A stretch of 64,000 bases of DNA from assembly GCA_029245725.1 (NCBI GenBank), contig JAQWOT010000201.1, positions 3,059 through 67,058 on the forward strand. Reading direction: 5' to 3'. Shown one piece after another: positions 40,678 to 50,107 of the stretch (position 1 is the first letter of the stretch; each line of letters starts with the position of its first letter). The DNA comes from SAR324 cluster bacterium (GTDB taxonomy: Bacteria; SAR324; NAC60-12). The position numbers and the translations under genes were made by a program. Under the pieces are notes generated by a model that searched no databases, was not told where the DNA came from, and saw only the letters and a list, made by a program, of their open reading frames with translations.

Positions 40678-41220
40678 CTACCCTTGACCAAGCATTTCGT
40701 CGACTTGTTCCTGCATCAATTCTGCGCTGACCTCCCCAATTTGCTTGAAACGAATCTTTCCTTGAGGATCAATAAAAAACGTTTCTGGCACCCCATAAAT
40801 ACCATACTCCAAAGCGATGTCACCGTTGGTGTTATCGAGGCCAAGGAAGTACGTTTTATTAAACTGTCGCGCAAAAGCTTGCGCTTGTTCGGATTTGTCC
40901 TGAATGGCTACGCCAAGGACGTGAACCTGAGGAGGAACTGTTTCACCGTAACGCTTGTGAAAAGCTTCCAGAATGTGAGCTTCTTGTTGGCATTCAACGC
41001 ACCAGGAAGCCCAGAAATTCAAGACTACGGGCTTACCGCGTAGAGCACTTAGTTCAACGGATTCCCCGTTCCAGAGATTGACGAGTTGAAAATTTGGCGC
41101 TTCGTGGCCAATTAGGGGAGAAGGAACTTTCTTGGGGTCTGTGGTGAAACCAAAAGCGAACAGACCAATCAATCCACCTAAGGCGACCCAGACTGTCCAG
41201 AATTTCCATGAATTCCACAT
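40678..41220 (-). CDS. ccmG: Thiol:disulfide oxidoreductase CcmG/DsbE
   Basis: N-terminal TM, PSPLIG, NFWASWCVEC, YGIYGVPETFFID; directly downstream of ccmF. Confidence 0.85.
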   Translation of the reverse strand: MWNSWKFWTVWVALGGLIGLFAFGFTTDPKKVPSPLIGHEAPNFQLVNLWNGESVELSALRGKPVVLNFWASWCVECQQEAHILEAFHKRYGETVPPQVHVLGVAIQDKSEQAQAFARQFNKTYFLGLDNTNGDIALEYGIYGVPETFFIDPQGKIRFKQIGEVSAELMQEQVDEMLGQG

Positions 41221-41222
41221 AC

Positions 41223-43217
41223 TCAGCCTTCAGCAGCAAGGTACTGTTGACGCAATACTTCCTGGCGCGAGGTCAAACTGCGAGGTCGATACGTCAAACA
41301 GATGCCGATACCCAGAGTGAATACGGGAAGAGCCATCCAGGCCCAACCAACGAGTGGATTGACATAGGTCTTGATTGTCACTAATTCGCTGTCAGCACCG
41401 GATTCACTGGAAAATATCAGGTAGAGGTCTTTCAGGAATTCTCTTCGTAGTGCAATTTCAGTCAGGGGTTGTGGTTGGGTTGGATAGAAGCTTTTGGCAG
41501 GCTTCATCACTTCCAGCAACTGTTTGTCCTGATCATAGACTTCAATGATTGCAGCCCGGTGTGTGGCATTGCGTACCTGAAATTGTTCAACACCAGTGAA
41601 CTTTAAATAGTAAGCGTTCAGTGGCACCATTTCTTCGCGTTCCAGTGTTAGGTCGCGTTCTTCGCTGAAAAATGTACCGGCAAAGCCAAGGAACATTAGC
41701 ACGACTCCCAAGTGAATCACTAATCCACCATAGCGACGCTGGTTACGCTGAAAAACGTGAATCAACCCTACTAGGGGGCTAGCTTGTAGTTGCTTGCCTT
41801 TCACATGTGCTGCCTTGCCAACTTCAATCAGAATGGTGACCGTGACAAAGATAGCAATCCAAAAAATTGTAAATGCTTCTAAATGAAATGGAATGACGAC
41901 AGCCAGAATAATGGTTCCAACGGTTGCTGTAATCATCGGGTTCTGAAAGTTTCTGCGCAGGCTTTCTTTACTCGATTTCCTCCAGGCAAGCACGGTCCCA
42001 ATACCCATTAAGAAAAATAGAACATAGCCCATCGGTGCCATGATCGTGTTGAAAAACGGTGCCTGAATAGACAACTTTGTGCCACGAATCGCTTCTGCTA
42101 GCAGTGGGAATGTGGTTCCCAGCAAAACGGTGAATGCCATGCCTACAAAGATTACGTTCTGAACAAGAAAGGCATTTTCACGGCATAGTACGGCTTCCAT
42201 CTTGTGTTCGGATTCCAGCATTTGAATGCGCCGAAAGAGCAGCGCAAAACTGACAACCAGAACAACAGCGAGGAAGACCAGAAAAGCAGGGCCAATTTCA
42301 GATTGAGTGAAGGAATGAACTGAGTTGACCACTCCTGAGCGGGTCAGAAATGTTCCGATGATGGTTAGTCCGTATGTGATAATGATCAACACAACATTCC
42401 AGATTTTGAGCATGTTACGCTTTTCCTGGATCATCACAGAGTGTAGGAAAGCGGTACCTGTCAACCAAGGCATGAAGGCAGCGTTTTCAACAGGATCCCA
42501 AGCCCAGAAACCACCCCACCCTAATTCTTCATACGCCCATTGCCCACCGAGGATCAACCCCATTGAGAGGAAATACCAAGAGACCAGAGTCCAGCGGCGA
42601 GTGGTCAGTACCCACTCATTGTCTAATTTGCCTCGAATCATCCCGGCAATCGCGAACGCAAAGGGCACACTAAAACCGATGAAGCCCAGATACAACGAAG
42701 GCGGATGAACCACCATGGCAATATGCTGTAGCAACGGATTCAGTCCTCGTCCTTCTGCAGGAATGGTTGCTTGCAGATCCAGGGGATTGGACCAACCGAG
42801 GAGCAAAACGAGCAAAAAACAGAGGATTCCATTCAGAGTGGCGATTACATAGGGGATGATTTCTCGATTGCTATACTGGTAGCGAAAAGCAACGACCATC
42901 GCGAAGAAACTCTGAACCAAAATCCAAAATAGCAGCGAACCTTCCAGACCCCCCCAGAATGCCGTCACTTTGAAGAACATCGGCATGTCAACGCTGGAGT
43001 TGCGCCAAACATAGAAGATGCTGAAGTCGCTTACTACAAGAGCGTGGATCAGCACTCCAGAGGCGATAGCAATCAGAAAGAAGCTGATGATGCTCGCATT
43101 TTGTGCAGAACGAATTAGGTTCCAGTTGTTTGTTCTAACACCCAGATGGGGTACAACTGTGCCATAGAGACAAGCAGCAAGAGCAATCATCAAGGCGATC
43201 GTGCCAAGATCGGACAT
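41223..43217 (-). CDS. ccmF: Cytochrome c heme lyase CcmF
   Basis: WGGLEGSLL, GLNPLLQ, HPP, WAYEELGWGGFWAWDPVENA, SVHSF. Confidence 0.96.
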   Translation of the reverse strand: MSDLGTIALMIALAACLYGTVVPHLGVRTNNWNLIRSAQNASIISFFLIAIASGVLIHALVVSDFSIFYVWRNSSVDMPMFFKVTAFWGGLEGSLLFWILVQSFFAMVVAFRYQYSNREIIPYVIATLNGILCFLLVLLLGWSNPLDLQATIPAEGRGLNPLLQHIAMVVHPPSLYLGFIGFSVPFAFAIAGMIRGKLDNEWVLTTRRWTLVSWYFLSMGLILGGQWAYEELGWGGFWAWDPVENAAFMPWLTGTAFLHSVMIQEKRNMLKIWNVVLIIITYGLTIIGTFLTRSGVVNSVHSFTQSEIGPAFLVFLAVVLVVSFALLFRRIQMLESEHKMEAVLCRENAFLVQNVIFVGMAFTVLLGTTFPLLAEAIRGTKLSIQAPFFNTIMAPMGYVLFFLMGIGTVLAWRKSSKESLRRNFQNPMITATVGTIILAVVIPFHLEAFTIFWIAIFVTVTILIEVGKAAHVKGKQLQASPLVGLIHVFQRNQRRYGGLVIHLGVVLMFLGFAGTFFSEERDLTLEREEMVPLNAYYLKFTGVEQFQVRNATHRAAIIEVYDQDKQLLEVMKPAKSFYPTQPQPLTEIALRREFLKDLYLIFSSESGADSELVTIKTYVNPLVGWAWMALPVFTLGIGICLTYRPRSLTSRQEVLRQQYLAAEG

Positions 43218-43265
43218 CTCTAACTCCGTTGGTGTTTAGCGTATGAAATTATCTTTGGTAAATTA

Positions 43266-43286
43266 GCGTGGGGCAAAAGCCCCCGC
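43266..43286. terminator. GC-rich hairpin between the DUF411 gene and ccmF
   Basis: GCG-T-GGGGC-AAAA-GCCCC-CGC; no clear U-tract. Confidence 0.35.
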
Positions 43287-43319
43287 AATGCTTTTGAGAT
43301 TTGCTTTGCAACAAGAGCT

Positions 43320-43760
43320 TTAGTCAATGTGTTCGAAGACCTGTGCCTTGCCTTGCTGGTCAAACCAAAGCACATCATATGCGTCTTTTCGGGTTGAATG
43401 TTCCATCCCCGGTGAACCGATGGGCATCCCCGGTACAACTAGCCCTTGGGCACCAACTGGTGGGTCAGCAAGAAAGCGAGCGAGTGTCTTTTCAGGCACA
43501 TGTCCTTCAATGATAAAATCTCCAATGATGGCAGTGTGGCAACTGCGCAGAGAACTGGGTAATCCCATCTGATTTTTGAGTTGCTCAATGTTGTAGGTGC
43601 CTTTGCTGGTAACCTGATGTCCTTCATCACGCAGGATATTCGCCCACTTTTCACAGCAGCCACATTGTGGGTGCTTGTACATTGTGATATCGGAGGCCCA
43701 AACAACAGAAGCCACCGTTAGTAATAGTATGATTAGAAGTTTACTTATCAGTGTTTTCAT
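43320..43760 (-). CDS. DUF411 / CopG-like periplasmic metal-binding protein
   Basis: Signal peptide, CGCCEKW, SCHTA, IEGHVP, PGMPIGSPGME. Confidence 0.9.
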   Translation of the reverse strand: MKTLISKLLIILLLTVASVVWASDITMYKHPQCGCCEKWANILRDEGHQVTSKGTYNIEQLKNQMGLPSSLRSCHTAIIGDFIIEGHVPEKTLARFLADPPVGAQGLVVPGMPIGSPGMEHSTRKDAYDVLWFDQQGKAQVFEHID

Positions 43761-43805
43761 TGAAATTACCGTGGTAAGAGAGTATGGAATGAAAATCAAA
43801 ATTGA

Positions 43806-44273
43806 TCAGTGTTGTACCATTTCTTTGTGTCGATTCAGAATTTCTTCTGGCCAGAGTGATTTGAAGTAATGGATGCTAGCAACAATCTCGGAATCACTGA
43901 GTCTTCCAGCAAAGCTCCGCATTGGTGAATCTCCCGCAATCGAACCTTCCTGAATTATTCTAAACAGTATTTCATCAGGATGATGCCACGCGTGACCAGT
44001 TCCGTTGAGAGCTGGGGCCAGGTAACCTCCTTGATCCTTCATACCTCCCAGCGGACGTTGAAGGTTTTCTCCTACAGCCTTCTCTCCATGGCATACCGCA
44101 CAATTTGCTGCGAATATTTGTTCCCCTTTGGTAATGCTTTCACTGCTGGGTGCCTGTTCCCAAATTGGCTTGGAGAATAATGACCAGGGTTCAAACAAAA
44201 GTAGCCCGACAATCAGTGCTAGCAAAAGGGCAGTCAGTTGTCTTCTCCTCAGAACAAGCTGATTCTCCATCAT
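43806..44273 (-). CDS. Membrane-anchored monoheme cytochrome c
   Basis: N-terminal TM, CAVCHG, APALNGTGHAWHH, distal Met in PMRSF. Confidence 0.88.
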   Translation of the reverse strand: MMENQLVLRRRQLTALLLALIVGLLLFEPWSLFSKPIWEQAPSSESITKGEQIFAANCAVCHGEKAVGENLQRPLGGMKDQGGYLAPALNGTGHAWHHPDEILFRIIQEGSIAGDSPMRSFAGRLSDSEIVASIHYFKSLWPEEILNRHKEMVQH

Positions 44274-44333
44274 ATCGCTACTCACAACCAAAAGTTTCTG
44301 TCAAATCACATAAAATTTGGGTAGCGAGATAGC

Positions 44334-44711
44334 CTAAATTCGGAAGACACTATTTTGAAGAAAGATATGTTCAAAAACAGGCTGGATTGAGTCTGTAAAA
44401 CAGGGGTTGGTTGTGGGGCAATTAGTTGAGATTATAGTGAACTGAGGGGTAAAACTAGCAAAGGCGTTTGGGTCAGGTAATGTTGCTTTCCTACGAAGAA
44501 GACAGGCTTCTTGATTGTTATGAATGCACTGAATTCCATGAATCCTACTGTCAGCTTGCGAATGGCAACTGAAACCATTCGGTGAAAAGATTGACAGATC
44601 TTGAGACGTTAGAGTTGGTGAGTGACAAGTTGCTGCCCAGGTTGTTGAAGAGATAAGAAGAAGGCTAATCAGACAGTACAGGAAGTACCTCCATCGATAT
44701 CTTTTGGTCAT
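44334..44711 (-). CDS. Hypothetical exported Cys/His-containing protein
   Basis: ATGA overlap with the upstream gene; signal peptide ending TWA; CH, CH and CIH motifs. Confidence 0.5.
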   Translation of the reverse strand: MTKRYRWRYFLYCLISLLLISSTTWAATCHSPTLTSQDLSIFSPNGFSCHSQADSRIHGIQCIHNNQEACLLRRKATLPDPNAFASFTPQFTIISTNCPTTNPCFTDSIQPVFEHIFLQNSVFRI

Positions 44712-45144
44712 GGATGTACTCGATACGAACTGTGGCAAGCAACACACTGTTGCATGACACCTGCTAGGCCTTCTGCGATTTTCGGTGTACTTTCTTCCAA
44801 ACCTCCTTCTCGTACAATAGTCGCAAATCGGCTAGCTGCCTTATGCATCTGTGTACCAATTTGCTGCATAGCGGTGGGCATGAAACGAGCCATATGCGAT
44901 GCACCGTGACCGCTTAAAGAAGACATGCCTAGTCGGTTTTCTGCGACAGTGGAGGCTTTTTCGTATTCTTCCAGAGCAAGATGTTGTTGAATTTCAGTCA
45001 GAGCCAGTAGATAGTCCCGCATGTTTTCCAGCATATGATCTCACATCATTTCAGGAAGCTCAACCAATTGTCGCGAATCAGCAAAACTGGAGGTTGGTAA
45101 TCCAAAAATAGTTAGAAAAGAACTGTAATAATACATTCTTTCAT
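44708..45144 (-). pseudogene. Cytochrome c'-like four-helix cytochrome, N-terminus disrupted
   Basis: C-terminal CVACH. The frame extends upstream through TGA at 45041-45043 (DSRQLVELPEMM*DHMLENMRD) to a signal peptide that joins ATG 45144 only if one T is restored. Confidence 0.7.
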
Positions 45145-45224
45145 ATGATCTTAGGAGAGTAGAAGTTTGAAACCTAAGATTAACAGGTTGGCTTCTGTGC
45201 TGCAAGAAAAGCCACTAGGAGACA

Positions 45225-45629
45225 TCAAAAAGCTTGGGGATTACTGAGCAATTGCCCCATCCAAACCATTCCCCAGATGGTGAGAAAGCCAAAAACTAAG
45301 AAGAGCAGTACAAAGGTATCTAGAACAATCCTAATCACGGGAGCAGTCGGCCGCAGAGAAAGCCACAATAAAACTGTACTGCAAAGGGTCAGATACCATG
45401 CCAAGTTCGAATATAATTGATGCTTGGCAAGTAGACCAGCCAAGTTGGTATCAACGGATGGTGACTGGATCCATACTTCGCTCAGCAACCAGATCAGCAA
45501 GAGGATAATACTGCAGAGCCAAGCAGCCCACTGCCGTCGCTTTTGATCCTGCTTCCAAATAGCAAAAGCCAGTAAGCCAATGAGCAGTGCCACCAAGGGC
45601 AACAGAGTGGGGCTGAGCAGTTCGTGCAT
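45225..45629 (-). CDS. Hypothetical four-TM membrane protein
   Basis: 134 aa, four hydrophobic segments, 3 nt downstream of the DUF4105 gene. Confidence 0.65.
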   Translation of the reverse strand: MHELLSPTLLPLVALLIGLLAFAIWKQDQKRRQWAAWLCSIILLLIWLLSEVWIQSPSVDTNLAGLLAKHQLYSNLAWYLTLCSTVLLWLSLRPTAPVIRIVLDTFVLLFLVFGFLTIWGMVWMGQLLSNPQAF

Positions 45630-45632
45630 ACT

Positions 45633-47552
45633 TTACCAAAAATGATGAACTAGCACTTTGGCTTCTTGTACAGCCCCTTGCTGTTGCCAAGTAAAACGAA
45701 GTCCCCATTTTGAATTTACCTGCCAACGACCCTCCCATTCGGTACTAAGACCGATTGCACTTTCCCCCAACAAGGGTTGGCAATAACTGGATTGAGCTAG
45801 CATGGACCATTGATCACCAGTTTGCCAGAGTACACCTACAGCAGGCTGCAATTGAAAGCTGGTTTCTGGCATTGAACCTGTGCGTGATTGCAGAATTGTA
45901 TCAGCAAAAGTAAATCCAACTAGATCAGGGTGTAGCGCTATACTCTGTCCGATGCCCCCAACAAGTCGCATGACTTTATGTTGAGATTCATCAAGAGCCT
46001 CTTCTTGCCACTCACCGCTTGTTCGCCAAGAAACCCCTGAAACTGTGTCTAATCGTGTTGGGGAAATAGAAAGATTTTGAATCTCAAAAAATGTCAGTTG
46101 ATGAATCCACCAGCGTTTTTTGTCGAAACGGACTTTCAAATCCAGAGCTTGTAATTCTGCAAAGGGGAGATGCCCAGGAACTGGATCCAACAGATCATGA
46201 TAGGCCGCACGAATTCCCACTTCTATCCCTTGCTCTGTGTCGTTTCTTTGAAACCCACCGAACTGAGTTCTCAAAGGAGGGTGCCCCTTCAAAGGGTCGG
46301 GTGTGGATGGTTGTGGTTTCTTAACGAGTATCGGTAGTTTGCTACGTTTCAGTAGAACTTTTTGACGCAGATTCTGATGAGATTCTGAGAGTATCTCTTC
46401 TCGTGCTTTCTGGTACTGTAGCAAGTCTGTGAGCGCATCAAGCACCTGAGCTTGGGCTTCTGGAGATAGTCCAGATTGTTCTAATTTATTCAGTTGTTCC
46501 GGTTGGCTTTGGATTCGGATCACCCAATCTTGCTGCAATTCGCTCAGATCTAGGGTTTTCCACTGCAGTCTACGTTGTCGGGAAGGGACAAGGATTGGTT
46601 CACCAAGGACCGACTGCCCGTCAGAAGTTTGCAGACGTTGTAATCGAAAGAAAACATCGACGGGAATGGCCCAGAACTCAGATGTAGAATAAAGATTAAT
46701 CTCTTCTTCCCAAGCCATGGCAACCAGCTCTGCCATACGATAAGCGCAGTTCTCCAAGAAGAAATAGTATTCAAAGTGAATATCCTGCAGCAGCTCCCAA
46801 GAGTGGAAAAGTACACGGCGCTCTTGAGCTTCTGTTAGCTTCAGAGGGTATTCCCACAGGTCTCGTAATTCATTTTCTCCATAAATATGCTGAAAGTTGT
46901 AGAACCTTTCGTCAGAGAAGCGGCCGCTATAGCCACCAAAAATTCCCTTCACTGCATAAACTAAAGCGTTATCAGCTGGATCAGGACTAGCACCAAAGTT
47001 AAGTGTTGGGCTGAGCAGAGGATGCGCAAAGAGTCCCTCCTTCAAATTGATTTTGACCAATAGATGGCCAAAAAAGGAGGCTGGATTGTCCAAATAAGCC
47101 GAAACAAAGACTACGCTTAGCGAATCAAGTTTGGATAGTCCGGCCCAGCGTTGAAAGTGTGGACATTCGACGAGTTGGGGTGCTGGGGAAAACTCGAGTT
47201 GTTGCTGTAACCAGTGAAAACGCGCAATAAAACGGCACTGCGCATGTTGATCAGGATTCTCACCAACTGGTTCATAAAACGCTCGCAATGTGGCGTTCAA
47301 TTCAGCTTGAGGGTTCTGTGCACCGTTGTGATCTAGAAAAAAATCCTGACTGACGATCTCACTTTTGCTGGATGGGATAGTGGAACGATAGTGAAGCAGT
47401 CGCAACCAGTAGGAGTGTTGAGCAATTTTTTTGGTTGTAGCGGACTGAAGTAGAGTTTGCGGTGCGATTGTTTCTGCTGCTAGTGGCGCCCCTAGCCTGA
47501 TGAGTAGCAGTGGGTAGAATAACCACCAGAACAGTAGATGATTCCCTTTCAT
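45633..47552 (-). CDS. DUF4105 (Lnb-like) periplasmic domain plus C-terminal beta-barrel
   Basis: Signal peptide, WLRLLHY, QCRFIARFHWL, PASFFGH, ELRDLWEY, YYFFLENCA; amphipathic C-terminus ending HFW. Confidence 0.82.
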   Translation of the reverse strand: MKGNHLLFWWLFYPLLLIRLGAPLAAETIAPQTLLQSATTKKIAQHSYWLRLLHYRSTIPSSKSEIVSQDFFLDHNGAQNPQAELNATLRAFYEPVGENPDQHAQCRFIARFHWLQQQLEFSPAPQLVECPHFQRWAGLSKLDSLSVVFVSAYLDNPASFFGHLLVKINLKEGLFAHPLLSPTLNFGASPDPADNALVYAVKGIFGGYSGRFSDERFYNFQHIYGENELRDLWEYPLKLTEAQERRVLFHSWELLQDIHFEYYFFLENCAYRMAELVAMAWEEEINLYSTSEFWAIPVDVFFRLQRLQTSDGQSVLGEPILVPSRQRRLQWKTLDLSELQQDWVIRIQSQPEQLNKLEQSGLSPEAQAQVLDALTDLLQYQKAREEILSESHQNLRQKVLLKRSKLPILVKKPQPSTPDPLKGHPPLRTQFGGFQRNDTEQGIEVGIRAAYHDLLDPVPGHLPFAELQALDLKVRFDKKRWWIHQLTFFEIQNLSISPTRLDTVSGVSWRTSGEWQEEALDESQHKVMRLVGGIGQSIALHPDLVGFTFADTILQSRTGSMPETSFQLQPAVGVLWQTGDQWSMLAQSSYCQPLLGESAIGLSTEWEGRWQVNSKWGLRFTWQQQGAVQEAKVLVHHFW

Positions 47553-48355
47553 TGCTCTGGGGTTGGAAGTCCTTCAGCAACTAGCCGAAAGCCAATGCGA
47601 GGATCTGAAGTGAGCGCAGAAAAAGCTTCCTGAAATTTACAGGAAATCTGATCTGGAGGGCTGAACCAGCTACCTCCACGGGTGATATATCCTTGCACTG
47701 CCGAATTGGGAAGTTTGGCTTTTTCACTAGTCCATTCCGCAAGGTTACCCAGTACGTCAGAAAGGTTATGGGTATTGACAGGAAAGGAACCGACTGGAGC
47801 ACTGACTGTGAAATTGTCGTTGCAAGGATGAGTGGGGTGGCTCCAACCAAAACTTGTAGCTGCGACTTCATCACTTACTGAAGCCCATTGGCAAGCTTGC
47901 TCAGCAGTTTTCCAGGGTTGAGTTTCTCTGGTTTTACAAACTTGTTGCCATTCTTTTGATGTCGGTAAGCGAAAGCGATATCGACCACTGTGTTGCTGGG
48001 TTAACCACTCACCAAATGCATGAGCTTCTTCCCAACTGACATAAGCGACTGGCTGCAATGGAGTGTCTAATGGCTGATTCCGGTAATTCCGACTCGAATG
48101 CGACTGCCGGAACCTCTGGAATTGTTGGTTGGTGATTTCATGTCTTCCCATCCAGAGAGGAGGAGGACAGGGATCCTGACCAGCTTCACAACTTGGATTG
48201 ACATAAACAAAGATGATGGCTGTCAGTGGGTCAATCCAAGAATTTTTGGAGTCTTCAGGAACAGCCAAGTGAGGATCGGTTTGGAAGGTCCAAACCAGCC
48301 CAGCAATTGGCAGTAGGCCAACCACGAACAAGATCAGCCAGTTCAAGGGCTTCAT
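47549..48355 (-). CDS. FGE-sulfatase (SUMF1-like) domain protein, membrane-anchored
   Basis: EITNQQF, PVAYVSWEEA, FRLPTSKEW, GNLAEW, RGGSW, IGFRL. Confidence 0.87.
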   Translation of the reverse strand: MKPLNWLILFVVGLLPIAGLVWTFQTDPHLAVPEDSKNSWIDPLTAIIFVYVNPSCEAGQDPCPPPLWMGRHEITNQQFQRFRQSHSSRNYRNQPLDTPLQPVAYVSWEEAHAFGEWLTQQHSGRYRFRLPTSKEWQQVCKTRETQPWKTAEQACQWASVSDEVAATSFGWSHPTHPCNDNFTVSAPVGSFPVNTHNLSDVLGNLAEWTSEKAKLPNSAVQGYITRGGSWFSPPDQISCKFQEAFSALTSDPRIGFRLVAEGLPTPEQ

Positions 48356-49779
48356 GCTAAACCTGTCTCAGAGTTCAGGACTTTCAACAAGCGCTCATGC
48401 AGATTATCAAACTTTCCGTTACTCATGATGAGGATTACATCACCACTAGTCGCCGTAGTCTGTAAATGTTCTAAGATAGCTGAGATTTCCAGTGCATGGG
48501 CTGGAATCTGGCTGTTCAGGGCATGCACTATTGCCTGGGCGTCTAATCGTTCATTTATAGGGATTCGCTCTGCTCGATGCGGTGGGGCCAAGAGAACTTC
48601 GTCTGCCTGAGCTAAGGCGCTGACCAATTGTTCTTGGTGTATCCGCAGGACACTAGTGTTGCTTCTCGGTTCAAAGACCGCACGAAGGCGTTTTCCAGGA
48701 TGCTTTTGCCGAAGAGCCCGAATAGTTTCTGCAACTGCCGTAGGGTGATGAGCAAAATCATCGTACACCCAGATGTCATTGATGGTTCCCCGCAATTCCT
48801 GACGTCGCTTCACACCCTGGAAGCTTGAAAAACCCTGCTGAATTTGTTCGGTACTAAGATGGTTATGCTGAGCCAGTAAAATGACAGCCGTGGCGTTCCG
48901 AATGTTGTGAATACCTGCCATTGGCAAGTTCCAGATTTGTTGAGAATTCTGACCAGCGCCTTCCAGCCGAAACTGAGAACCTGTTTCACAGATTTGAATA
49001 TCCTCAATTCGGACATTACAGTCCGGTCCTAGCCCAAATGTTAACAAGGGACTGTAAATTTGTTCCAGTACAGGTTTGAGGTTGTCATCGTCACCGTTCG
49101 CAACCACGAGTCCATTGCCTGGAACCAGACGTAGAAGCCAGCGGAAGCTTTGCTGTATTTGTTCGAGGGACACAAAAATATCAGCATGATCAAATTCCAA
49201 GTTGTTTAGTACCAACTGATCAGGCAGGTAGTGGAAAAATTTGGAGCGTTTGTCAAAAAAGGCTGTGTCGTATTCATCTCCTTCGGTGATAAAGAAGTCT
49301 CCACTGCCATCGGCACAACTAGTCTTCAAATTTTCAGCAATCCCACCAATCAGAAATCCTGGATTCATACCGGCGTTGGCAAAGATCCAAGCGAGTAGTG
49401 AAGTTGTAGTGGTTTTGCCATGTGTGCCAGTGACGACCAAAGAAGTTCGACCACGAATGAAGAATTCCTTCAGCAATTCTGCCATTGAAATATAAGGAAT
49501 ACGTTGGGCCAAGGCCGCTTCAACTTCTGGGTTGCCACGCGAGAGCGCATTGCCCAATACAACCAAGTCTGGTTGTGGTTCCAGATTCGCTAGAGAAAAG
49601 CCTTCATGAACTGGAATACTATGCTCTCTTAGGAAATCACTCATCGGTGGGTATACATTTTGGTCTGAGCCAGTGATGTGGTATCCACGTTTTTGGAGTA
49701 GTACTGCGAGAGAACCCATGGCAGTGCCACAAATTCCACTAAAATGAATATGGTTGAGAGAGGTTTGCTTGTGAATCAT
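48352..49779 (-). CDS. mpl: UDP-MurNAc:L-Ala-gamma-D-Glu-mDAP ligase (murein tripeptide ligase)
   Basis: GICGTAMG, VYPPMS, GTHGKTTT, EGDEYDTAFFDKRSKF, DDFAHHPTA, FEPRSNT. Confidence 0.94.
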   Translation of the reverse strand: MIHKQTSLNHIHFSGICGTAMGSLAVLLQKRGYHITGSDQNVYPPMSDFLREHSIPVHEGFSLANLEPQPDLVVLGNALSRGNPEVEAALAQRIPYISMAELLKEFFIRGRTSLVVTGTHGKTTTTSLLAWIFANAGMNPGFLIGGIAENLKTSCADGSGDFFITEGDEYDTAFFDKRSKFFHYLPDQLVLNNLEFDHADIFVSLEQIQQSFRWLLRLVPGNGLVVANGDDDNLKPVLEQIYSPLLTFGLGPDCNVRIEDIQICETGSQFRLEGAGQNSQQIWNLPMAGIHNIRNATAVILLAQHNHLSTEQIQQGFSSFQGVKRRQELRGTINDIWVYDDFAHHPTAVAETIRALRQKHPGKRLRAVFEPRSNTSVLRIHQEQLVSALAQADEVLLAPPHRAERIPINERLDAQAIVHALNSQIPAHALEISAILEHLQTTATSGDVILIMSNGKFDNLHERLLKVLNSETGLA

Positions 49780-50107
49780 GAGTGAGTTACAAACAGGGCA
49801 ATGAAATGAGGTTTTGATCTTGGATGGTCCTAGGTCAATATATGAAAGTAAAGGAGTGATAGAACTTTTGAAAGATACTGTGTGGTTGGCTGATGAGCAA
49901 GTTGGTCAATTTATGTCAGTTGCAATTTTCTTTCAAAGATGCCGAATATTTTCTTCAATTTCCGAGAGGAGCATGAACTGGCAGAGCTAAGATGAATTAT
50001 CACCTACGTGTCGGAAATACTGAATGTAATCGTCTGACATGCCATACCCCTTGCAACAAATTTAGGGGAACTGGAAGTGCAAAATCAGATGGTTTTTGGA
50101 GGAAGCA

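Noticed and set aside
9856-45144. Stop-codon reassignment or selenocysteine/pyrrolysine as the cause of in-frame stops
   Set aside because: The interruptions use all three stops (TAA, TAG, TGA) at positions expecting different residues, come with frameshifts, and all three codons end normal genes in this window.
47549-48355. Active formylglycine-generating enzyme or a diversity-generating retroelement target
   Set aside because: It lacks the catalytic Cys pair, and there is no reverse transcriptase or template repeat in the window.
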